Positions 35,802-44,224 of a stretch of DNA of 64,000 nucleotides are shown here, piece by piece (within the stretch, counting starts at the first letter, position 1; each line of letters starts with the position of its first letter). The DNA is taken from positions 45,873 to 109,872 of the forward strand of contig JBGATO010000002.1 of NCBI GenBank assembly GCA_044229145.1, written 5' to 3'. The notes below the pieces were generated by a model that saw only the letters and a program-made list of their open reading frames with translations, was not told where the DNA came from and did not search any database. Position numbers and translations under genes: made by a program. Source of the DNA: Candidatus Eiseniibacteriota bacterium (GTDB taxonomy: Bacteria > Eisenbacteria > RBG-16-71-46 > CAZEPH01).

Positions 35802-37186
35802 GCCGCGAGGGAACCATCGTCGCCGGCTACATCGTGCCGGGCATGCCGCATCCGCTGCTGGTGCCGGAGCGCAACGCCGGATGGGCATCGCTGCGCGCGA
35901 GCTACGAACGTGTCGCGGCGGAGATCGCGCGTCACGACGCCGACCTGCTCATTCTCTACAGCACGCAGTGGATCTCGATCATCGGTCACCAAGTGCAGGC
36001 CGATCCCGAACCGGTGTGGCATCACGTCGACCCCGAGTGGCACGAGCTCGGCGACATGCCGTATCGCTTCCGCATCGACGCGCCGTTTGGCGCCGCGCTC
36101 GAATCGGCGGCACACGCGCGCGGACTCGCGGCGCGCACCGTCGCCTACCACGGTTTCCCGATCGACACCGGCACCGTCGTCGCGCTCACACTGCTCAATC
36201 CGGGCAATCGCCTGCCGGCAAGCGTCGTGTCGTGCAACATGTATGCGGATCGCGCCGAGACGCTCATCTGGGGCAAGGCGGCACGCGACGCCGTGCGCGC
36301 GTGCGGCAAGCGCGCGGTGGCCATCGCGGTGACCGCATTGTCGAACCGCATGTTCACGCATGACATCGATCCGGCTGAGGATCGCATCAGTTCGCTCAAG
36401 GACGACGAGTGGAATCGCAAACTCCTCGAATTGCTCGGCGAAGGGCGGCTCGAGGACGTGTCGCAGTTGGCGCGCGAGTTCAGCGCGCAGGCCAACGGCG
36501 ATCAGAGGCTGAAGGCCCTGTGGTGGCTCGCCGCGCTCATGGGACAGCACAACGACTACGTCGGCGTGGTGCATGACTATCAGGCCGTGTGGGGAACCGG
36601 CGCGGCCATCGTCGGCCTGACGCCGACCGATACCCCGGCGGCGCGCCTCGAGTTCGACGAGGAAGATGTCGACGTCTTCGCGGGCGAGCGCAATGTGCTC
36701 GGCGCGCCCGGCGCACAGCCGCCGCGTGTCGCGTCGCCGTCGCGCGACGCGGCGGTCGCCGTCGCGGAGCCGCCCACCGCAATTCACTCGGAGCACGCAC
36801 CGGCGCCGGTCGGCCCGTATCCGCATGCGCGGCGCGTCGGCGAGTTGCTCTTCGTCAGTGGCATGGGGCCGCGCGACCCGAAGACCAACGAGATCCCGGG
36901 CGGGCCGGTGCGTGGCGCCGACGGACAGCCGCGCGACTACGACATCGAGGCACAAACGCGCGCGACGATCGAGAACGTCAAGCGTGTCCTCGAGGATGCC
37001 GGCGCGTCGCTGCGCGACGTGTTCGACGTGACAGTGTTCCTGATCGACATGGATCGCGATTTCGCGACGTTCAATCGGGTGTACGGCGAATATTTCGCCG
37101 ACATCGCGCCGACGCGCACGACGCTCGCGGTGCGTGCATTGCCGACGCCGATCGCGGTGGAACTCAAGGTCATCGCCCAGGGGTGA
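35798..37186 (+). CDS. fusion: LigB-type dioxygenase alpha (non-catalytic, AmnA-like) subunit + RidA/YjgF deaminase-like domain
   Basis: ATG 35798 overlaps the upstream stop (ATGA). N-terminal ~290 aa is LigB-like but has STQW in place of SPHW. The C-terminal ~125 aa (HAPAPVGPYPHARRVGELLFVSGMGPRDP...TVFLIDMDRDFATFNRVYGEYF...PTRTTLAVRALPTPIAVELKVIAQG) is a complete RidA fold. Confidence 0.75.
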   Translation: MSREGTIVAGYIVPGMPHPLLVPERNAGWASLRASYERVAAEIARHDADLLILYSTQWISIIGHQVQADPEPVWHHVDPEWHELGDMPYRFRIDAPFGAALESAAHARGLAARTVAYHGFPIDTGTVVALTLLNPGNRLPASVVSCNMYADRAETLIWGKAARDAVRACGKRAVAIAVTALSNRMFTHDIDPAEDRISSLKDDEWNRKLLELLGEGRLEDVSQLAREFSAQANGDQRLKALWWLAALMGQHNDYVGVVHDYQAVWGTGAAIVGLTPTDTPAARLEFDEEDVDVFAGERNVLGAPGAQPPRVASPSRDAAVAVAEPPTAIHSEHAPAPVGPYPHARRVGELLFVSGMGPRDPKTNEIPGGPVRGADGQPRDYDIEAQTRATIENVKRVLEDAGASLRDVFDVTVFLIDMDRDFATFNRVYGEYFADIAPTRTTLAVRALPTPIAVELKVIAQG

Positions 37187-37776
37187 ACGCCCCGCTGGTC
37201 ACCGACGGTGCCGGCGCGCTCCTGCCGTGGGCGCGCAGCCTGTGGGTGTACGCCGGCGTGCTGTTCGCGGACGCGCTCTCGCTGCCGGTGGGCTCGACAC
37301 TCTACGTGGCGGCGATGGGCACGGTGCACTCGCCGCTGGTCGTCGCGTTGGTCGGCGCATCGGCGACGACGGCCGGCTCGCTGGCGCAGTATGGGATCGT
37401 GCGGTGGATCATGCGGGCGGGTGTCACGCGGCGGGGCGCGGTAGCCCGTGTGCGTGCGCGCATCGAGCATGCGGTGGCCCATGCACGCGATGCGACGGCG
37501 GCGGCGCTGTTCGTCGTCTATGCGACGCCGCTCAGCGCGGGGCCCCTGCGGTTGATCGCCGCGGTGAGCGGCTTCTCGCTGTGGCGCTTCACGGCCGCCA
37601 TCTGGTTGGGCTGCCTGCCCTACTATTTCGTGCTCGCCACCCTCGGGCGGGCGATTCACTTTCCGTGGTGGATGTTGGCCGCGGGCATCGGCATCGTGCT
37701 GGGATTGGGGATCGTGCACGCGGTGCAGATGTGGCGCGCCGCGTCCCCCGAGGGCGGCGCGGCGCGCGACGACTAG
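37183..37776 (+). CDS. DedA/VTT-domain-like membrane protein (start uncertain)
   Basis: GTG 37183 overlaps the upstream stop. Hydrophobic 197 aa (LSLPVGSTLYVAAMG...). Family assignment tentative. Confidence 0.5.
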   Translation: MNAPLVTDGAGALLPWARSLWVYAGVLFADALSLPVGSTLYVAAMGTVHSPLVVALVGASATTAGSLAQYGIVRWIMRAGVTRRGAVARVRARIEHAVAHARDATAAALFVVYATPLSAGPLRLIAAVSGFSLWRFTAAIWLGCLPYYFVLATLGRAIHFPWWMLAAGIGIVLGLGIVHAVQMWRAASPEGGAARDD

Positions 37777-37780
37777 CGGA

Positions 37781-40291
37781 TTACGGTTCGAGCAATCCCG
37801 GCGCATCGAGCGGCAGCATCATCACGCACGGCGCGCCCGCGGAGCCCAGGAGGCGCACGTAGAATTCGCGGTCGCGCGCCGCCATCGCCGGCAACCACGC
37901 GCTCGCGTTCGCGGCCAGCGGCGACACCTTGAAAGCGTCCGGGTTGATGGCGCCGCGCTGCGGACCTTGGACGACCTCCACCTCGCGGCTCCGCGAGAGA
38001 CCGGCGAGATCCCGCGCGGCTTCCATCGCCTCCCACAGCCCGCCGAGTGAGTCCACCAGGCCGATGCGGCGCCCGGCGACGCCGCTGAAGAAGTGGCCTT
38101 GGCCGATCGTATCGACGGCATCCGGCGTCATGTGCCGGCCACGCGCCACGGCGCCGACGAATTCGCCGTACATGGTGCGGAACTGCGTCTCGATGATGCC
38201 ACGTTCGTCGCCGGTGAGCTGCCGCTGCGGCAGGGTCGCGCCGACGAGCGGAAACGTCACGCCGCGCGACATGTCGGCGTGGGCGCCATGCTGGACTCCG
38301 TCGTACGTGAGTCCCAGCTTGGCGGACGCCTTCTTGTCCCAGAACCAGCCGCCGATGACGCCGATCGACCCGGTGATGGTGACCGGTGTCGCCAAAATGC
38401 GCGTGGCGTCCATCGAAATCCAATAGCCGCCGGAACCGGCGAGCGCGCCCTGCGACACGACCACCGGCTTGCGTGGTGTCAGCGCGCGAATCTCACGTGC
38501 CACGAGGTCGCTCGGCAGGGGATCGCCGCCCGGCGAATCGACGCACAGGACGACCGCCTTCACCGTGCGATCCTCCGCCGCCGCGTGCAGCGCGCGGCTC
38601 AGCGCGCGGCCGCGGATTCCGGTGTCCATGTCGCACGGGCCGATGGCGTAGAGCAACGCGATGCGGTCGCGCGCGCCCCATTCGTCCGACGCGAATGCGT
38701 CAGAGCCTCCGAGAGGGGCGAGCGGTGAGGCGGCGCCGCGCACACGCGCGGTCACGCGCCGGGCATCCGCGCGCGCGTCCGCGTACGAGCCTGTCGTGTC
38801 GGCCAATCCCGCGGCCACGGCGGCGTGGCCGCGCGCGTAGACCTGTCGATCCACGAACCCATCGAATGCGGCGCGCGAAAGGCCACGCGACGCGCAGATC
38901 GCGTCTGCCATCGCCGCGTATGCGTCGTCGACGAAGTTCTGGCGCTGCGTGCTGTCGGCCGGCGACATCGTGGTGCGCGAAAAACTCTCCATCGCCGACT
39001 TGTAGGTGAAGAAGCGCCACTCGTCGAAGCCGATGCCCATCTTGGCGATGGCATCGTGATAGAAGGTGCGGCCCATCGCCAGGCCTTCCAGCATCACGCT
39101 CCCCTGCGGATCGAGCCACAGGCGATCGGCGCTCGCGGCCACGAGATAGGTGGTGAAGTCGAGATCGTCCGCGTACACGGTGACCGTCTTTCCGCGCGCC
39201 TGCAGACGGCGCAGCTGCTCGTGCAGTTGCCACGCTTGCGCGCCCGGGATCGACGCGCGCGACAGCTTCACCACGACGCCGTGTACGCTGGGGTCGTCGG
39301 CCATCCGCGCGAGGCGCGACAGCACGCCGAAGAACGCCGTCCGGTCGTCGAACAGCCGGAAGCGCTGGTAGGTCATGACGCGCCCGAGGTCGATCTCGAC
39401 GATGCGGCGCGCGCGCGGCGCGAGCTGTTCGGTCAATGCGCGTCCGCGCGTCCCGAGTTCGACCGAGTAGCCGTCCTGGAGGTGGTTGCCATCGGTGTCG
39501 TACTGCGAGCGAATGGTGCCACGGACACCGCGGAGGAGGTCGGCGGCCACCGCGACGCTGAATCCGCCAGTTCCGCGCGCCTTGCCGGCGATGCTGAGGC
39601 CGGGGAGCGGGCGCAACTCGGCGCCGTAGCCCAACTGCGCATCCTTCCAGCGGTCCCCGCGCTCGCGGCTGACATCACCGAAGAGGGTCAGCCGCGGGCC
39701 GAACGGCCGCACGCCGAGGTCGCCCTGGAATGTGTGTCCGCGCTGATTCAGATCCCACGTCTGCGCCAGGCCGACGGAGACGTAGCGATTCGGCCGCATG
39801 ACCGTGCCGAGCGTGAATCGCTCGTGGCGCAGCGCCGCGATGTTGTGGCCTTCACTCCACCCATAGCCGAAGCCGAGCGCTCCCGCCCGTCCGCCGAAAC
39901 CGAGGCCGAGCGAGTAGTCGGTCAACGTCTGCTCGGCCACCCCGGATCCGCCGGTCACGAACGCGCGCCGCGTGAACCCGAGCCCGCCGGTGGACACCAC
40001 GAACGTCGACGCGCGCTGCGGGATGCCGCCGGCGCCCAGCGAATCTCCCGCGAAGAACAATCCGCCGTGGCCCTGCACCGCCCACACGGCGGGATTGAAC
40101 AGTCCGCCCGCGATGCTGCGTGTGGTGCCGGGCGTGTCGAGCAGGAACTGCGATTCGCGGGGATAGTCGGGAAGGGAACCGGTTTGCGCGAGAGCGCTTC
40201 GGGCAATGGTGATCGCCAGAAACGCGGTCACCGCTCGCAGGGTGGGGAGCGCCGCGGCGAGTCGAGTCGCGCGCGTGCCGTGTCCGGACAT
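37781..40291 (-). CDS. sppA: signal peptide peptidase SppA (protease IV, two S49 domains) with ~300-aa Gly-rich N-terminal extension
   Basis: Start MSGHGTRATRLAAALPTLRAVTAFLAITIARSALAQ (cat 40289-40291). Two ClpP/S49-like domains (..VVKLSRASIPGAQ.., ..VVVSQGALAGSGGYWIS..). Confidence 0.85.
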   Translation of the reverse strand: MSGHGTRATRLAAALPTLRAVTAFLAITIARSALAQTGSLPDYPRESQFLLDTPGTTRSIAGGLFNPAVWAVQGHGGLFFAGDSLGAGGIPQRASTFVVSTGGLGFTRRAFVTGGSGVAEQTLTDYSLGLGFGGRAGALGFGYGWSEGHNIAALRHERFTLGTVMRPNRYVSVGLAQTWDLNQRGHTFQGDLGVRPFGPRLTLFGDVSRERGDRWKDAQLGYGAELRPLPGLSIAGKARGTGGFSVAVAADLLRGVRGTIRSQYDTDGNHLQDGYSVELGTRGRALTEQLAPRARRIVEIDLGRVMTYQRFRLFDDRTAFFGVLSRLARMADDPSVHGVVVKLSRASIPGAQAWQLHEQLRRLQARGKTVTVYADDLDFTTYLVAASADRLWLDPQGSVMLEGLAMGRTFYHDAIAKMGIGFDEWRFFTYKSAMESFSRTTMSPADSTQRQNFVDDAYAAMADAICASRGLSRAAFDGFVDRQVYARGHAAVAAGLADTTGSYADARADARRVTARVRGAASPLAPLGGSDAFASDEWGARDRIALLYAIGPCDMDTGIRGRALSRALHAAAEDRTVKAVVLCVDSPGGDPLPSDLVAREIRALTPRKPVVVSQGALAGSGGYWISMDATRILATPVTITGSIGVIGGWFWDKKASAKLGLTYDGVQHGAHADMSRGVTFPLVGATLPQRQLTGDERGIIETQFRTMYGEFVGAVARGRHMTPDAVDTIGQGHFFSGVAGRRIGLVDSLGGLWEAMEAARDLAGLSRSREVEVVQGPQRGAINPDAFKVSPLAANASAWLPAMAARDREFYVRLLGSAGAPCVMMLPLDAPGLLEP

Positions 40292-40439
40292 GTGACACCT
40301 CCTGTCGCGTGGGAGCACGGCGCGTCGGCCCAGGGGGCGGCGACGAATCGCGCAACGTGCTGTCGAATCGAACACTTGGTCCGCGCGAGGCGCGGAACCG
40401 GCAGGGCCCATGGCGGCGGGCCGCGATCCGAAAACGCAA

Positions 40440-40467
40440 GGCCGGTGCCACGCGTGCGGCACCGGCC
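40440..40467 (-). terminator. rho-independent terminator candidate downstream of sdhB
   Basis: Perfect 10-bp stem (GGCCGGTGCC / GGCACCGGCC) with 8-nt loop. On the minus strand it is followed by TTGCGTTTTCGG, 30 nt past the sdhB stop. Confidence 0.5.
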
Positions 40468-40497
40468 TGTCGAGACGACGACGAATCGAACGCCACA

Positions 40498-41274
40498 CTA
40501 CACCTGCATCGGCTCCTTCTTGCCGCCGCCGGTCAGCGCGCGCCAGATCATCTTGATCGGATCATAGTAGCGGTCCGCGACGCGCTCCTTCAGAGGGATG
40601 ATGGCGTTGTCGGTGATGGTGATGCTTTCGGGGCACACCTCCGTGCAGCACTTGGTGATGTTGCACAGCCCGATCCCGCCCTCGTGACGCAGGAACGGCA
40701 CGCGATCGGCGCCGTCCATCGGGTGCATTTCGAGCGCCGCGTTGCGCACGAAGAAGCGCGGCCCGGCAAACTGCTCCTTCTTCTCGTGCGACCGCAACAC
40801 GTGGCAGACGTCCTGGCACAGGAAGCACTCGATGCACTTGCGGAACTCCTGCACGCGATCGATCTCGTGCTGGTAGTAGATCCAGTTCGCGTCGGCGCGC
40901 GGGGTGAAGCCGGTGATCTGGCGATTCACCTCGTAGTTCCACGAGACGTCGGTCACCAAGTCCTTGATCACCGGGAAGGTCTTGAGCGGCATGACCGTGA
41001 TCGTCTCGCCTTCGGCGAAGTGATCCATGCGCGTCTTGCACATGAGCGACGGCTTGCCGTTGACCTCGGCGCTGCACGAGCCGCACTTGGCGGCCTTGCA
41101 GTTCCACCGCACCGCGAGATCCGGTGCGGCGTTGGCCTGGATCCAGTGGATCGCGTCGAGCACCACCATGCCGGGCTCGATGGGGACGGTGAAGTCCTGC
41201 GTCTGCCCGCCGTTCTGGTCGCCGCGAAAGACCTTGAGCAGCGCATTGCGGGTTCCGCTTCCGTGTCCGCTCAC
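40498..41274 (-). CDS. sdhB: succinate dehydrogenase/fumarate reductase iron-sulfur subunit
   Basis: GTG 41274 overlaps the sdhA stop. 2Fe-2S, 4Fe-4S and 3Fe-4S cysteine clusters (CKAAKCGSC, CIECFLCQDVC, CTEVCP). Confidence 0.95.
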   Translation of the reverse strand: MSGHGSGTRNALLKVFRGDQNGGQTQDFTVPIEPGMVVLDAIHWIQANAAPDLAVRWNCKAAKCGSCSAEVNGKPSLMCKTRMDHFAEGETITVMPLKTFPVIKDLVTDVSWNYEVNRQITGFTPRADANWIYYQHEIDRVQEFRKCIECFLCQDVCHVLRSHEKKEQFAGPRFFVRNAALEMHPMDGADRVPFLRHEGGIGLCNITKCCTEVCPESITITDNAIIPLKERVADRYYDPIKMIWRALTGGGKKEPMQV

Positions 41275-43094
41275 TTCGCGGCCTCCTTCTTCGGCGCGTC
41301 GAACAACGCCTTGAGCTCCGCCGGCATCACCGGCAGCGGCGTCGCCTCCACCGACATCGCGCCGTCCTTCAGCTTGGTGCAGTGGTTGACCGAGCCGAAC
41401 GCCTCGCTCTTGTCGGGGAAGTCGAGACGCGCATGGCCGCCGCGCGATTCCTTGCGCAGGATCGCCGAGCGCACGATGGCCTCCGACACCAGCAGCATGT
41501 TCTGCAGGTCGCGCGACAGGTGCCAGCCGGGGTTGTAGACGCGCGAGCCGGCGACGCTCACCTTGTCGGCGCGCGCGCGCAGCGCCAGGATGGCGTCGAG
41601 GCCCTTCTGCATCTCCGACTCCTCGCGGAAGATGCCGACGTGGTCGTTCATCGCCTGCTGCAGTGCCTTGTGCACCGCGTACGGCGACTCGCCGCCGCTG
41701 CGCGCGAACGGTGCAAGCATCAGCGACTGTTGTTCGCCGATCTCGCTCTCGCTGATCGCCAGGTTCTTCGGCGCCGACTTGGCATAGAGCGCGGCGTGCT
41801 CGCCGGCCCGCCGGCCGAACACCAGCAAGTCGCTCAGCGAGTTGCCGCCGAGGCGGTTCGCGCCGTGCATGCCGGCGGCCGCTTCACCGGCCGCGAACAG
41901 GCCGGGCACGGTGGCCGCGGTGGTGTCGGCTTCGACGCGCACGCCGCCCATGATGTAGTGCGTGGTCGGCCCGACTTCCATCGGCTGCTGCGTGATGTCG
42001 ACGTCGGCGAGTTCCTTGAACTGGTCGTACATCGACGGCAACTTCTTGCGCACGCGCTCCGCCGGCAGGTACGAGATGTCGAGGAACGCGCCGCCGTGCG
42101 GGCTGCCGCGTCCATCCTTCACCTCGGTGTAGATGGCGCGCGCCACGTTGTCACGCGTCGACAGCTCCGGCGGCCGCCGCGCGTCGGTCTGCTTGCGCTC
42201 GAACGACGCCTCGAGCCACGCGCGTGCTTCGTCCTCGTTCTCGGCGTACTCGTGCCGGCGCTCCTCCGGCAGGTACTTCCACATGAAGCGCTCGTTCTTG
42301 CTGTTGCGCAGGATGCCGCCCTCGCCGCGCACGCCTTCGGTCACCAGCAAGCCCATGACGCCGGGCGGCCACACCATGCCGGTCGGGTGGAACTGGATGA
42401 ACTCCATGTCGATGAGTTCGGCGCCGGCGCGGTAGGCGAGCGACTGCCCGTCGCCCGTGTACTCCCACGAGTTCGACGTGATCTTGTACGACTTGCCGAT
42501 GCCGCCGGTGGCCAGCACGACGGCCGGCGCGCGGAACAGCACGAACTCGCCGGTCTGCCGCTTGTAGCCGAACGCGCCGGCGATCTTGCCGCCGCTCTGG
42601 AACAGATGGACGATCGTCGTCTCCATGTAGACCTGGAGACCTTGGTGCACGCCGCGGTCCTGCAGCGTGCGGATCATCTCGAGGCCGGTGCGGTCGCCGA
42701 CGTGGGCGAGGCGCTTCCACTTGTGGCCGCCGAACGCGCGCTGCAGGATCTTGCCGTCCGTCGTGCGGTCGAACGCGGCGCCCCACTGCTCGAGTTCCTT
42801 GACGCGGGCCGGCGCTTCCTGCGCGTGGAGTTGCGCCATGCGCCAGTTGTTGAGGAAGCCGCCGCCCTTCATGGTGTCCTGGAAGTGCGTTTCCCAGCCA
42901 TCCTGCGGGTCGACGTGGCCGAGCGCGGCGGCGATGCCGCCTTCCGCCATCACGGTGTGCGCCTTGCCGAGCAGCGACTTGCAGACGAGTCCCACCGAGA
43001 CGCCATGGTTCGAGGCCTGGATCGCCGCGCTGAGGCCGGCGCCGCCGGCGCCGATGACGAGAACGTCGTGTTCGTAGGTCGTGTACTTTTCCAT
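41271..43094 (-). CDS. sdhA: succinate dehydrogenase/fumarate reductase flavoprotein subunit
   Basis: Start MEKYTTYEHDVLVIGAGGAGLSAA (cat 43092-43094). FAD-binding GxGxxG, covalent-FAD His region, catalytic HPTG...RGEGG. Confidence 0.95.
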   Translation of the reverse strand: MEKYTTYEHDVLVIGAGGAGLSAAIQASNHGVSVGLVCKSLLGKAHTVMAEGGIAAALGHVDPQDGWETHFQDTMKGGGFLNNWRMAQLHAQEAPARVKELEQWGAAFDRTTDGKILQRAFGGHKWKRLAHVGDRTGLEMIRTLQDRGVHQGLQVYMETTIVHLFQSGGKIAGAFGYKRQTGEFVLFRAPAVVLATGGIGKSYKITSNSWEYTGDGQSLAYRAGAELIDMEFIQFHPTGMVWPPGVMGLLVTEGVRGEGGILRNSKNERFMWKYLPEERRHEYAENEDEARAWLEASFERKQTDARRPPELSTRDNVARAIYTEVKDGRGSPHGGAFLDISYLPAERVRKKLPSMYDQFKELADVDITQQPMEVGPTTHYIMGGVRVEADTTAATVPGLFAAGEAAAGMHGANRLGGNSLSDLLVFGRRAGEHAALYAKSAPKNLAISESEIGEQQSLMLAPFARSGGESPYAVHKALQQAMNDHVGIFREESEMQKGLDAILALRARADKVSVAGSRVYNPGWHLSRDLQNMLLVSEAIVRSAILRKESRGGHARLDFPDKSEAFGSVNHCTKLKDGAMSVEATPLPVMPAELKALFDAPKKEAAK

Positions 43095-43873
43095 CAGCGC
43101 CCCGGGAAGTTGAGGATGCCCGCCGCGCACATGCGGATGTAGGCATCGGCGATGACGACGGTGTAGAGGCTCGCCCAGAAGTACTGCATGTGGCGGCCGT
43201 TGAGCGCGCTCACCAGGCTCCACGCCTTGTAGCGGACCTCGCCGCCCTTCGCACACGAGAAGCAGTCGACGTTGCCGCCGATCATGTGGCGGAAGGCGTG
43301 ACACGAAGTGGCGTAGAGCGTGAGCAGCGCGGTGTCGAGGATGAGCAGCAAGTTTCCGAGACCGACGCGCACGTGGCCGTCGTACCAGAACGATCGCACC
43401 ACGTGGAACCAGTGGATGGCGATCAACGCGAGCGCGAGGTAGAGGAAGTAGCGGTGCAGATTCTGCAGCCAGAACGGGAAGCTCTTTTCGCCGCCGTAGC
43501 CTGCGAGATGCGGCGCGGTGCCCACCGCGCAGGCGGCCGGCGAGCCGAACACCGAGCGGTAGTAGACGCGGCGCATGTAATAGCAGGTGGCGCGGAAGAG
43601 GATCGGCACCGCGAGCGTCAGCGCGGTCAGCAGGCCGGTCATCGCGATGCCCGGCAACTCGGCGTGGATCGGCGAGCGCAGCGATTCGAACTGCACACCG
43701 TCCGGATGGCTGCCGGACCAGCCGGCGTATCCCATCGCGACGAGTAACGCGACGAGTTGGAACAGAGGCGATTGCCACCACGCGTCTGTGCGTTCGGTGG
43801 CGCCGAAGGGCTGACCGCACCCCGCGCCGCGATAGGCTTCGGGCGTGGCGGTCAAAGTACGTGCAGGAGGCAT
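43094..43873 (-). CDS. sdhC: succinate dehydrogenase cytochrome b subunit (type-B, Bacillus-like single large subunit)
   Basis: Start MPPARTLTATPEAY (cat 43871-43873). Five TM helices with conserved heme-ligand histidines. ATGA overlap with sdhA. Confidence 0.8.
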   Translation of the reverse strand: MPPARTLTATPEAYRGAGCGQPFGATERTDAWWQSPLFQLVALLVAMGYAGWSGSHPDGVQFESLRSPIHAELPGIAMTGLLTALTLAVPILFRATCYYMRRVYYRSVFGSPAACAVGTAPHLAGYGGEKSFPFWLQNLHRYFLYLALALIAIHWFHVVRSFWYDGHVRVGLGNLLLILDTALLTLYATSCHAFRHMIGGNVDCFSCAKGGEVRYKAWSLVSALNGRHMQYFWASLYTVVIADAYIRMCAAGILNFPGR

Positions 43874-44224
43874 CGTCCGTCTTCCGTCGTGGGACCATGT
43901 GCGATGATGCGAGCGCATCATCCGGCGGGGAGCCGTGCGCATGGCGAACGCGATGCAAAACCGAGAGGCGCGGGCAGCATGCGGCCGACATCCCCAGAAT
44001 TGCGGCACCTTAGCACAGGGCACCACCCCCGGAAACCCGCGCCGGGGTCGCCATCGGGTCCATCGCCCGGGAGATGTCGGGCATCGCGGAACCTGAATCC
44101 CCTCCGCGGCCTCTGTGATCTCGTGCAAAGCCGGCGTGCGCGCCGGCGTACCACCTCTGGCTGATCTGGATCGTCCACGCGGTCCCCGGCTGGAGCGCCG
44201 TCCCCGTCTGCCGGGGGGCTTCCC

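Noticed and set aside
40309-41538. 409-aa plus-strand ORF
   Set aside because: Antisense to sdhB/sdhA. Shadow frame.
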